This document shows, in pieces, positions 47,873 to 55,912 of a stretch of 64,000 nucleotides of DNA (positions are counted from its first letter, which is position 1; every line of letters begins with the position of its first letter). Position numbers and translations under genes: made by a program. The notes under the pieces are model-generated. The model ran no database searches, was not told where the DNA came from, and saw only the letters and a list, made by a program, of their open reading frames with translations. Location of the stretch: positions 13,041-77,040 of the IMG/VR virus record IMGVR_UViG_3300033553_000372. One strand, written 5' to 3'. The stretch is from a virus.

Positions 47873-48160
47873 ATGGGAAAAGTATACGTAACTGTAGATG
47901 GAAAGAAAAAAGCTTTTGATACAATGGAAGAAGCTAAAGCATTTCAAGATGGTTTACCAGTAGAGTTTAAGAAACAATCGGTAGTAACAGAATCAAAAGA
48001 AGAAACACTTTCTTCTAATGCTGAAACTAAAGTCTTTCCAATTGATTTATCAGATGTGAAGATCGATAAAGAAGGCAAAGAGCAAGAAGTTCTACCAACT
48101 GAAGAAGCAACTCAAGAAGAAGTTGAAGCTATGGCTGAAACTGACGCTGAACTAAATTAA
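47873..48160 (+). CDS. Acidic hypothetical protein
   Basis: AGGAG RBS; strongly acidic; own TTGTAAA upstream element. Confidence 0.65.
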   Translation: MGKVYVTVDGKKKAFDTMEEAKAFQDGLPVEFKKQSVVTESKEETLSSNAETKVFPIDLSDVKIDKEGKEQEVLPTEEATQEEVEAMAETDAELN

Positions 48161-48240
48161 TTTTATTGCGGTGTGGGTAGACCTCTATGGCTCTGGAAAC
48201 CCTTAATGTTAACTGTGCTCATAACAGCCGCTTATTTTAT

Positions 48241-48564
48241 ATGGAAAAGAAATTCTGTTGCTCTAAATTCAATGATGTTAAAGACGCTTTTACTTGGAAG
48301 ATCATTCCAAATCATGAACAATATGTAATCAATCAATATGGCGACATCTTTAATAGATTATCTGGTCTCAATATTAGAATGGCTGTTAATGTAAAAAGTT
48401 CTAACTTTGTTCCATTAATAAACAACATCGGTAAATTATCCAACATTTCTGTAAAAAAACAAGTTCGTGATCTATTCGATATAGGCTATCTTAAGCAAGA
48501 TGAAATACGAAATGAAAAGTTATCTACATTTTACTTAGCTCAATATTTAAAATCTAATGTATAG
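48241..48564 (+). CDS. NUMOD4-like domain protein
   Basis: WK.IP....Y.I.QYG.I motif; start uncertain (48187 or 48241). Confidence 0.5.
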   Translation: MEKKFCCSKFNDVKDAFTWKIIPNHEQYVINQYGDIFNRLSGLNIRMAVNVKSSNFVPLINNIGKLSNISVKKQVRDLFDIGYLKQDEIRNEKLSTFYLAQYLKSNV

Positions 48565-48590
48565 AATTCGCAAACAAATGGAGATTAACT

Positions 48591-49790
48591 ATGAACCTAT
48601 TTAAAATGTTTCTTTCATTATTTAAAAAGAAAAGCGCTACACCAATAACTCATGTTTCACCAACAGTATCAACACCTAAACAACAAGCAGTTGAGGAAGA
48701 AATAGACTCTGTTGTTTCAAACTTCATTTCAAATTGTCCAAACTTATTGGCTCATAATTCAAATGTATTTTTTTGGCAATGTCAAATTAAAGCAATTGTT
48801 TCTCCTGAGTCTGGATTTAATCCATATTCAAGATATGTTGAAACAGGATTATCAAAGGACGCTGTAACTGGAAAACAAAATGCTTCAGAAGGCTTAATGC
48901 AATTATCTTATCAAGATGCAAAATATCATGGTGCCAACTTTGATTGGAATAAAGATAAGTCATTATCAGACACAGATATTGGAAAGTCAATCTTCAATAT
49001 AAAGAATAATATTGAAGCCGGAATGATGATCTTAGATAAGCAATTAAAGTTGAAAGGAACCATCATTACAAAAGGTTCACCTTATTATTGGGCTGTACTT
49101 GATACGTCGAGACCAGGTCATCCTAAATACTTAGCTGAGTTAAATAAATATTTAGCATTAAAACCTACACCTATAGAAATAAAACCTATTGAGACAAAAC
49201 CAGTAATCACTGAAACAGTAAAGCCTTTGCCGACTGTATTAACTAAAAAAATGAAGATAGCTATTATTGAAGGTCATGGAGATAAAAGCTCAAAAGGAAT
49301 TGATACCGGATCTGTTCAATGGAACGGCATGACTGAATTAGCATATACACGCGAATGTACGGTTTTAATTAATCTTAGAAAAGATGAGTTCAAACATGAA
49401 GTGAAAACGTTCACACAGTTTCCTACAGTTGGAGACGCTGCCCATCAAGTTTTAGCATGGAAACCAGACATGAGTATGGAGCTACATACGAATGCATATA
49501 ATGGAAAAGCAAAAGGTTGTCAGTGTAACGTTCTCTCTAATGATCCGGCTTCATTAAAAGTAGGTCGTAAGTTTTCAGAAATGTTCTGTAAGAAATTCAA
49601 TAGAGTTTTAAGAGATGGCGATGGTGTTCTTGAAGCTGGAAGAAATGAAAGAGGTGTTTATAACTTAGCTGTAGTTGAAGCATTACCAGTTTCAATTTTA
49701 TGTGAGCCATTCTTTGGTGATAATAAAGCTGAGTGGATTAGTCCAGACGTTTATGTTTCATTCTTAATTGAATTTGTTAATTCATTATAG
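48591..49790 (+). CDS. Two-domain peptidoglycan hydrolase: SLT-like transglycosylase plus amidase_3 (endolysin)
   Basis: ESGFNP and GLMQLSY (SLT); Pro/Thr/Lys linker; EGHG, E, ELHTNA, CEPFF (zinc amidase). Confidence 0.85.
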   Translation: MNLFKMFLSLFKKKSATPITHVSPTVSTPKQQAVEEEIDSVVSNFISNCPNLLAHNSNVFFWQCQIKAIVSPESGFNPYSRYVETGLSKDAVTGKQNASEGLMQLSYQDAKYHGANFDWNKDKSLSDTDIGKSIFNIKNNIEAGMMILDKQLKLKGTIITKGSPYYWAVLDTSRPGHPKYLAELNKYLALKPTPIEIKPIETKPVITETVKPLPTVLTKKMKIAIIEGHGDKSSKGIDTGSVQWNGMTELAYTRECTVLINLRKDEFKHEVKTFTQFPTVGDAAHQVLAWKPDMSMELHTNAYNGKAKGCQCNVLSNDPASLKVGRKFSEMFCKKFNRVLRDGDGVLEAGRNERGVYNLAVVEALPVSILCEPFFGDNKAEWISPDVYVSFLIEFVNSL

Positions 49791-49795
49791 TCTCA

Positions 49796-50026
49796 TTACT
49801 GAATATATGGTAGAATAGGACAACCAACATCTATCATATATTCAGTATTTTTTATAAGCTCAGTTTTTGTAAAAACAAAGCTTCTCGTTTTAAAGGTCGT
49901 TTCAATCTCATATTGAGCAATATTTCTAGCTTCTTCTTTTGATCTAGCACTAACAATTAATTCACGTTCAACTTTAACATTAAATTTATATTTGACTTTA
50001 TAATGTGAGACTTTTATTAAGTTCAT
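49796..50026 (-). CDS. Hypothetical protein
   Basis: Isolated minus-strand ORF; VSARSKEEA motif. Confidence 0.5.
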   Translation of the reverse strand: MNLIKVSHYKVKYKFNVKVERELIVSARSKEEARNIAQYEIETTFKTRSFVFTKTELIKNTEYMIDVGCPILPYIQ

Positions 50027-50105
50027 AATGGGTACAGTAACATAAGTTTAATAAAAATGAACTCATATTGGTATTAAATATATATAAATTATATTTACTT
50101 ACAGA

Positions 50106-50218
50106 TATCAATCACTTAGTGACTCTATATTAATTAATGAGTATACTGTAAATTAATGTTTACATGTATGATTACATGTGTTATAATGAATTAACAGCAA
50201 CAAAACAAAAGGTTGATT
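50106..50218 (+). promoter_or_regulatory. Early promoter copy 2
   Basis: TATCAAtcacTTA 50106-50118; TTTACA 50159-50164; N17; TGn-TATAAT 50182-50187; conserved leader. Confidence 0.85.
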
Positions 50219-50368
50219 ATGAGAGCATTTCTTTATATGAATCAAGTTAATAAAAAAGAACTAATAGAACTACACAGACAAGCTAAATTAAATGGTAGAA
50301 CTTTAAATTGGATGATTGCAAATGTTCCAATGTCAGTAAGAAACTTTATTAAAACAATAAGAGGTTAA
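50219..50368 (+). CDS. Small early protein (49 aa, not in ORF track)
   Basis: First ATG after the conserved leader/RBS; MRAFLYMNQVNKKELIELHRQAK... Confidence 0.6.
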   Translation: MRAFLYMNQVNKKELIELHRQAKLNGRTLNWMIANVPMSVRNFIKTIRG

Positions 50369-50369
50369 T

Positions 50370-50615
50370 ATGATCACATTAAAAAAAGGATACTATGGCT
50401 CAAATGTTCAACACTATGGAGCTTATGTAGAAAAAATAGAAGTGATCGTTTCATCAAGCAATGGCGATACACCAAAAGAAGGCTATGAATATACTGTTGG
50501 ATTTTATACAGAAGAAGGACAAGTTTGCATAGACCAATTTACAGTAGAAAATTTCTCAGTTGAATCGGCTCAAATTAAAGCTCAAGAACTTTATAACTTT
50601 TTACTTAACGCTTAA
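50370..50615 (+). CDS. Hypothetical protein
   Basis: GAGG RBS. Confidence 0.6.
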   Translation: MITLKKGYYGSNVQHYGAYVEKIEVIVSSSNGDTPKEGYEYTVGFYTEEGQVCIDQFTVENFSVESAQIKAQELYNFLLNA

Positions 50616-50628
50616 TAAAGGAGAATTT

Positions 50629-51156
50629 ATGAAAAACGTAATTATACTTTTATCATTAGTCTTATTAGCATCATGTAAAGGAAGTGGAGGCTCAACTGCA
50701 GCGAGCTCAATTGCTTCTAACACTCCAAATAACTTTACGACAATATCGAGAACAGACAATGTAGTACAAAATGTTGTTTATGATATAACAAATGGTGGTT
50801 CATCGTATTACTCATCAACAAATAATTTAGCAGATAATGATGTGTTTACAATTCCATCAGTTGTTACTTTAACTTCTGATTCAATTGGAGCAATTCAATC
50901 AGACGATTATGTTGAGCTACAAATAGTGAATAGAATTAGATGTAACTACGCAAAGAGTGGTAACCAATTCAACTTCGTAAGCTGTACATCTTTTGCTTCA
51001 TCTGTTTATTGGACAATTCAATCTGGCGATGTTTATACGGTAACAGATTTGAATGCAGACTCTCCAACATTAGATAAAAATAAAGTCATTATGGTTTTAA
51101 AGTCAAATACCTCTACAGTAATGAATGGCCACATAACTTTTAATTACGACCTATAA
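50629..51156 (+). CDS. Early lipoprotein
   Basis: AAGGAG RBS; MKNVIILLSLVLLASC lipobox; Gly/Ser linker. Confidence 0.8.
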   Translation: MKNVIILLSLVLLASCKGSGGSTAASSIASNTPNNFTTISRTDNVVQNVVYDITNGGSSYYSSTNNLADNDVFTIPSVVTLTSDSIGAIQSDDYVELQIVNRIRCNYAKSGNQFNFVSCTSFASSVYWTIQSGDVYTVTDLNADSPTLDKNKVIMVLKSNTSTVMNGHITFNYDL

Positions 51157-51166
51157 GGAGAACAAA

Positions 51167-51403
51167 ATGAGCCCATCACAGAAATTTAAAATGCCTATAA
51201 TTGGAAAGATTGAAACTAAAGAAATGGATATTGAATGGACAAATCAAAATGGTGAAAAGAGAACTCAACATTATGAAAGTGAATCATATGAAGTTATAGC
51301 TGAAAATGATTTTAGTTACATATGCAATAAGTGGTACAAAGAACATAACGATATTCCTCAATTAGTCCCAAAGAGTCAAGTGAGACTTTTCATTAAATTA
51401 TAG
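51167..51403 (+). CDS. Hypothetical protein
   Basis: AAGGAG RBS. Confidence 0.6.
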   Translation: MSPSQKFKMPIIGKIETKEMDIEWTNQNGEKRTQHYESESYEVIAENDFSYICNKWYKEHNDIPQLVPKSQVRLFIKL

Positions 51404-51476
51404 GCCAATAGTAATAGTCACATAAATAATCCAAATCAATCTGAGGTCAAATAAGGGCCTCATATACTACATATAG

Positions 51477-51587
51477 TATCAATCACTTAGGGCTCTTATA
51501 TTAATTATGAATAGTCTGTAAATAATTGTTTACAATTCAATAAGAATATGTTATAATGAATTAACAGCAACAAACAAAAGAGGCTTT
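51477..51587 (+). promoter_or_regulatory. Early promoter copy 3
   Basis: TATCAAtcacTTA 51477-51489; TTTACA 51529-51534; N17; TGn-TATAAT 51552-51557; conserved leader. Confidence 0.85.
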
Positions 51588-51881
51588 ATGGATTACACAA
51601 AACCAATGACACACAAACAAATGTTGAAAGCAATTACTTCATTTGCAAATACTTATAATGGTTATGTTCATGAAATTAAAAGCGACTTTAAGATTTCAAC
51701 TCAGTACCATATTAAATTTAAAGATGGATCTAAAATCGAAATATATGACTATAAAGCAACTAACCTTTACTCAGACAATTTACCAACTGTTGAAAAATTT
51801 CGTAAAACTAAATATGAGTGGCATGTACAGTTTTCTAACTTACTATTGAAAGAAGCATTTTTAAAAATCGTTAATGCATAA
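51588..51881 (+). CDS. Early hypothetical protein
   Basis: GAGG RBS; IYDYK...EWHV motif. Confidence 0.65.
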   Translation: MDYTKPMTHKQMLKAITSFANTYNGYVHEIKSDFKISTQYHIKFKDGSKIEIYDYKATNLYSDNLPTVEKFRKTKYEWHVQFSNLLLKEAFLKIVNA

Positions 51882-51890
51882 GGAGTTTAT

Positions 51891-52025
51891 ATGGTAGATG
51901 AATGGGATGAAATGCTTTTAGAAATTGAAACTAAATATGGTAAAGCCTTAATGGAAAAGTTAGACAGTATGATCGATGAAAATAGAGTTGAAGAAGTAAT
52001 AGTAATAATTGATAGCTTGAAATAA
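51891..52025 (+). CDS. Small acidic protein (44 aa, not in ORF track)
   Basis: AAGGAG RBS; MVDEWDEMLLEIE... Confidence 0.55.
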   Translation: MVDEWDEMLLEIETKYGKALMEKLDSMIDENRVEEVIVIIDSLK

Positions 52026-52035
52026 GGAGATACTT

Positions 52036-52425
52036 ATGAAGAAGAAAAATAAATGGGAACAAATTGAAAACTCTATTAAAAATCCAACCGGTATTCAAAT
52101 GTTCATATTAGAAAAACCTCAAGCAGAGCCTAAAAAAGTGAGGCCTCAATTTGAAGAAAAGGATTTAAAAAAATGCGCTCCAATTGAAGGTGGTTACATG
52201 AGCGATCCAACTTTGATAAAGTGTACGATGACGATGCAAACTACAAAAGAAGATGGAACTCATGGCGACATCATTTCATTAAAGCATCCAACTAAAGGTG
52301 AGATTCAGTTTAGAATCTATGATGATGGAACAGTAGAATGTTTAGCAGATTCAAAGTTTGGTTGTGATAGTGCAAATGGAATTGGTAGATTTATTAAAGT
52401 AGAATATTTTTGTGACCCATATTAA
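52036..52425 (+). CDS. Hypothetical protein
   Basis: AAGGAG RBS. Confidence 0.6.
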   Translation: MKKKNKWEQIENSIKNPTGIQMFILEKPQAEPKKVRPQFEEKDLKKCAPIEGGYMSDPTLIKCTMTMQTTKEDGTHGDIISLKHPTKGEIQFRIYDDGTVECLADSKFGCDSANGIGRFIKVEYFCDPY

Positions 52426-52439
52426 AAAAGGAGATACTT

Positions 52440-52661
52440 ATGAAAATGAATTATGATGGAACATTTTCTCTAACGATTGAACAAGTAACAGAAGAGAATA
52501 ATGAAGTTCTTTATATAGATATGGAAAGTGGACTGTCTTATAATATTGAAAAGATAATGAATGAAGATGGACAATATACCATATTAAGAATTGAAGGCAA
52601 AGATCAAATAGACGATCTAATAAAAGCGTTAATTAATTTTAAGAATATGAGAGACTTGTAG
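52440..52661 (+). CDS. Hypothetical acidic protein
   Basis: AAGGAG RBS; the same AAGGAGATACTTATGAA junction as the previous gene. Confidence 0.6.
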   Translation: MKMNYDGTFSLTIEQVTEENNEVLYIDMESGLSYNIEKIMNEDGQYTILRIEGKDQIDDLIKALINFKNMRDL

Positions 52662-52702
52662 TAAATTATTTTAACCAACTTAAAAATAAATAAAGGAAAA
52701 CA

Positions 52703-52915
52703 ATGCAATCTAGCAAGCCTATTCTAAAAGTTTCAACTAACGAACTATATAACGATTTCTTAAAAAATGCTAAATTAATTGATGAGGACTTGAATGATGA
52801 CTGTTCTTATGCTAAACAATTAAAGAACGATTATGATTACTGGCAAAGAAACGTAATGAATAAAGAAGCTCAAATGCAATTAAGAGATTCATTAAATAAA
52901 TGGAAAACAAAATGA
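52703..52915 (+). CDS. Hypothetical protein
   Basis: AAGGA RBS; overlaps the galE start. Confidence 0.55.
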   Translation: MQSSKPILKVSTNELYNDFLKNAKLIDEDLNDDCSYAKQLKNDYDYWQRNVMNKEAQMQLRDSLNKWKTK

Positions 52916-53892
52916 AGTTCATAGTTACCGGCGGATCTGGCTACATTGGCTCTCATATGTGTAAACTCTTAAGATCAATGGATCATGAAGTATGTATCAT
53001 TGACGAAATTAAACCTAAACATAAATATTATTCAGATTATTTTCAATTTAATATTGGTCATAGTTCCATAATTGGAGGATTCTTAAGTTTTATAAAGCCG
53101 GATGGAGTGTTTCATTTTGCAGCTCATTCAATAGTTCCAGAATCAGAACAAAATCCAATGAAGTATTACCTTAATAACGTGAATGAATCTATTTCTTTTA
53201 TAAATGAAGTAGTAAAAGCTAATGTTCAACATTTTATATTCTCATCTACTGCGGCTGTATATGGAACTCAGACCTCAGAAAATATGTTTCAAACTCATTT
53301 TAGAGAAGACGATAGAAAGAATCCAATTAATAGTTACGGTAAAACTAAATCTATTATTGAAGATGTTTTATTAGACCTTTCTTCTAAAGGTAAATTAAAA
53401 ACTACGATACTTAGATACTTTAATGTTGCCGGTTGTTGTCCTGAATCGACAATAGGTGAAGACCATGATCCAGAAACTCACATCATTCCAAAAATTATTA
53501 AAGAAATATTGAATGGAAAAGATGAAGTATTTATCTATGGTAATAAATACGAAACAATAGATGGAACTAATGTGAGAGATTATGTTCATGTTGAGGATTT
53601 AGTTGAAGCACATTGGAAAGCTTTCATGTTAATGACCAATACATCATCGGCTTCAAATTTAATAATGAACATCGGAAGTCAAAAAGGCTTTACAAATCTT
53701 GAAGTAATTAGTACTATATTGAAAGTAATGAAATCAAATTGCAAAATAACTATTGCTCCACCAAGACACGGTGATCCTGATAGTTTAGTTGCTATAACTT
53801 CATTGGCTAAAAATCTTATAAACTATGAGCCTGAATTTGATCTTGAAGATATGATAAGGCATACATATAATTATTTAAAGGAAAGAAAATGA
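52900..53892 (+). CDS. galE: UDP-glucose/GlcNAc 4-epimerase
   Basis: VTGGSGYIGSH, HFAA...V.ES, SSTAAVYG, YGKTK, LRYFN, RDYVHV.DL, R.GDP. Confidence 0.93.
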   Translation: MENKMKFIVTGGSGYIGSHMCKLLRSMDHEVCIIDEIKPKHKYYSDYFQFNIGHSSIIGGFLSFIKPDGVFHFAAHSIVPESEQNPMKYYLNNVNESISFINEVVKANVQHFIFSSTAAVYGTQTSENMFQTHFREDDRKNPINSYGKTKSIIEDVLLDLSSKGKLKTTILRYFNVAGCCPESTIGEDHDPETHIIPKIIKEILNGKDEVFIYGNKYETIDGTNVRDYVHVEDLVEAHWKAFMLMTNTSSASNLIMNIGSQKGFTNLEVISTILKVMKSNCKITIAPPRHGDPDSLVAITSLAKNLINYEPEFDLEDMIRHTYNYLKERK

Positions 53893-55052
53893 AAATTCTT
53901 ATAATGAAACTCTGTACTCCAATTACTTTTACTAATAAAAAGAATATTACAGGATCATTTAAAGAAATAGAAAACTTCTGTAAATGTCTTAAATCAAGTG
54001 GATACGAATACACAGTCCTTACCTCAAGCAAATACTTATCTGAGTTTGATAAAGCTATTGATATAGTAGATTATGATCTAAAAGAGATCGATACTTTTGA
54101 TGCAATCTTTTGTTTCAATAATACCTTATCTGCTTATGGCGGAAAGATCAACAACAATACTCTTTCAACTTATTTCTTAATGAACTACACTTCAAAAGTA
54201 AAAAATATTCCTACATTTTATTTAGGCGCAGACACTCAAATCAAAATCTCTTCTCTAACGGATTGGCTAAATCATAAAAATTCAAAATTGGAGAGTCCAA
54301 TTCTTCCTTATGAATATTGTTCTGATTCAAAAAATAGTTCTCAATTCTTAAAGTCTTTAGTTGTTGATCAATTAGACATAGATGGAAAAGACCTTAATCT
54401 TTTGAGTCCAGTTTATCAGACAGAAAATAAATTAGATTGGTCTGGTAAAGAAAATGAGTTTAAAAATGTTTATTCATTTCCTTTTTATATCACTCATTTA
54501 TTTGATATGAATAATATTGATAAAACAATATTGTCAGTAACTAGCTTAGATAGAGACATTCTCTATTATGGTAATAGTAGAAATGGAAAACGTACTAAAA
54601 AGATGGTTAAGTTCTACGATCATAATTCTAGTCTTAATATTAATTTTATTGGAAAGTTAGAAGGCATTAGAGAAAAGTTTAAGAATTTAAAAGATGGGCA
54701 ATTCTTAGGTCCAATGCCAATGAAAGAATTGTACAGTGAGATTAAAAAGTCTTTAGCTCATTGTTATATCTCTGATCCACAAAATGAGAATAGAATGTGG
54801 ACACCAAGATTATTTGAAGCCATCATGAATCGAACTGTAGTCTTTATAGATATAGATAATGATCCAAATAGAAGTTTATTTCCTAGTTTCTTTTATGTTA
54901 GCTCATTTCAAGAACTAGAGCAAAAAGTAAATTTAATTAAAACTGAACAAGGATTGAGAGAACAAATGTTGGAGCTTCAATATAAAACTATCCTTGATAT
55001 TTTTAACAATAGTGGTAATCTATTTGAAAAGATATTTTCAGATCTTAAGTAA
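53889..55052 (+). CDS. bgt: DNA beta-glycosyltransferase, T4 BGT homolog
   Basis: Colinear with T4 BGT as recalled: YGGKIN (FGGKPN), YLGAD (YLFTD100), YYGNSRNGKR..KMV.F (YGGSFR191SGQR195ESKMVEF), TPRLFE (TLR269VWE272), IDIDND, FYV, LREQMLELQ. Confidence 0.85.
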   Translation: MKILIMKLCTPITFTNKKNITGSFKEIENFCKCLKSSGYEYTVLTSSKYLSEFDKAIDIVDYDLKEIDTFDAIFCFNNTLSAYGGKINNNTLSTYFLMNYTSKVKNIPTFYLGADTQIKISSLTDWLNHKNSKLESPILPYEYCSDSKNSSQFLKSLVVDQLDIDGKDLNLLSPVYQTENKLDWSGKENEFKNVYSFPFYITHLFDMNNIDKTILSVTSLDRDILYYGNSRNGKRTKKMVKFYDHNSSLNINFIGKLEGIREKFKNLKDGQFLGPMPMKELYSEIKKSLAHCYISDPQNENRMWTPRLFEAIMNRTVVFIDIDNDPNRSLFPSFFYVSSFQELEQKVNLIKTEQGLREQMLELQYKTILDIFNNSGNLFEKIFSDLK

Positions 55053-55060
55053 TAATAAAT

Positions 55061-55257
55061 AAAGTTCGAGCTGAACGATCTAAAACTTAGCGGTAATCCT
55101 ACCTTACAGACGCAGCAGTAGCGTAACATGTCGTCGCACAGTTTGTCTTCCATATCTTTGCAAAGTAGACGCTAAAAGGTGAAAGACCGTTAGTTCTGTG
55201 TTGAATGAGAACGAGAAAAGCGAACACTGGATGCTGGCATAACATTATAAGTATGCT
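55061..55257 (+). ncRNA. Putative structured non-coding RNA
   Basis: GC-elevated intergenic segment with nested helices whose G-U pairs favour the + strand (see findings). Confidence 0.5.
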
Positions 55258-55259
55258 AT

Positions 55260-55529
55260 TTATCTCATCATTCTTGAATATTTATTGAGACTTCTCTTTA
55301 CTTTAGCTTTACGCTCTCTTTTTTTAGTATTCATTTTTTCTTGAATGTGTTTGAATACCAACATATCGAGAATTAAACTCAGTTTAATTGATAGTTCTAT
55401 TTTTGATTGTCCTTCATTATCTTTAATCCAAAATTCTAAGTATCCTTGTCTTATTTCAATCTCACTTATGCCAATTAGTTTCTTAGTAACTTTAGTTTCG
55501 CCTTCAAGGATAGTGAGTTTCACTTTCAT
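55260..55529 (-). CDS. Hypothetical basic protein
   Basis: ATGA-coupled in a minus-strand operon. Confidence 0.55.
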   Translation of the reverse strand: MKVKLTILEGETKVTKKLIGISEIEIRQGYLEFWIKDNEGQSKIELSIKLSLILDMLVFKHIQEKMNTKKRERKAKVKRSLNKYSRMMR

Positions 55530-55912
55530 TTAATACTCTCCATTTCAATTTCTTCAGAAACATATCCTTTCTTAGATAATTTCTTCATAAAAATAGTTAA
55601 CAACTTTGCCTCTAATATTTTATGCTCTGGAGTATGATCCCAATAATACATGTGAGCCAACTCATGACTAAGAGTACAAAGGATATCCATAGTTGAATAA
55701 TACTTTTTCTTTGAATCAGAATAGTAGTTGACTTGAATAGACATGCGATAGTGGCCGTTTTTGTATTTCCAGAGTTGACCATAAATTCTATGTGTTGTAT
55801 CCGGTCTACCGTGGATTGATGTGATCCTTTTTAACTTTGATAAACTATCTATTAGTTTACTAGAAGCTATAAGGTACTCCTCAATCCATTGTAAATCTTT
55901 ACTTATAATCAT
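55526..55912 (-). CDS. Zincin-like metallopeptidase (HExxH)
   Basis: TLSHELAH...H..EH. Confidence 0.65.
   Translation of the reverse strand: MIISKDLQWIEEYLIASSKLIDSLSKLKRITSIHGRPDTTHRIYGQLWKYKNGHYRMSIQVNYYSDSKKKYYSTMDILCTLSHELAHMYYWDHTPEHKILEAKLLTIFMKKLSKKGYVSEEIEMESIK

Noticed and set aside
48168-48231. tRNA gene
   Set aside because: Too short, with no TTCGA T-loop or cloverleaf; kept only as a possible structured element.
38586-51580. Dispersed ~35-bp repeats as att sites or mobile-element ends
   Set aside because: They coincide exactly with -10, leader and RBS; no integrase or transposase is present in the window.
52900-55052. galE plus glycosyltransferase as an LPS/serotype-conversion or capsid glycosylation cassette
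   Set aside because: The transferase follows T4 DNA BGT motif by motif, has no TM segments, and has no GtrA/B-like partners.
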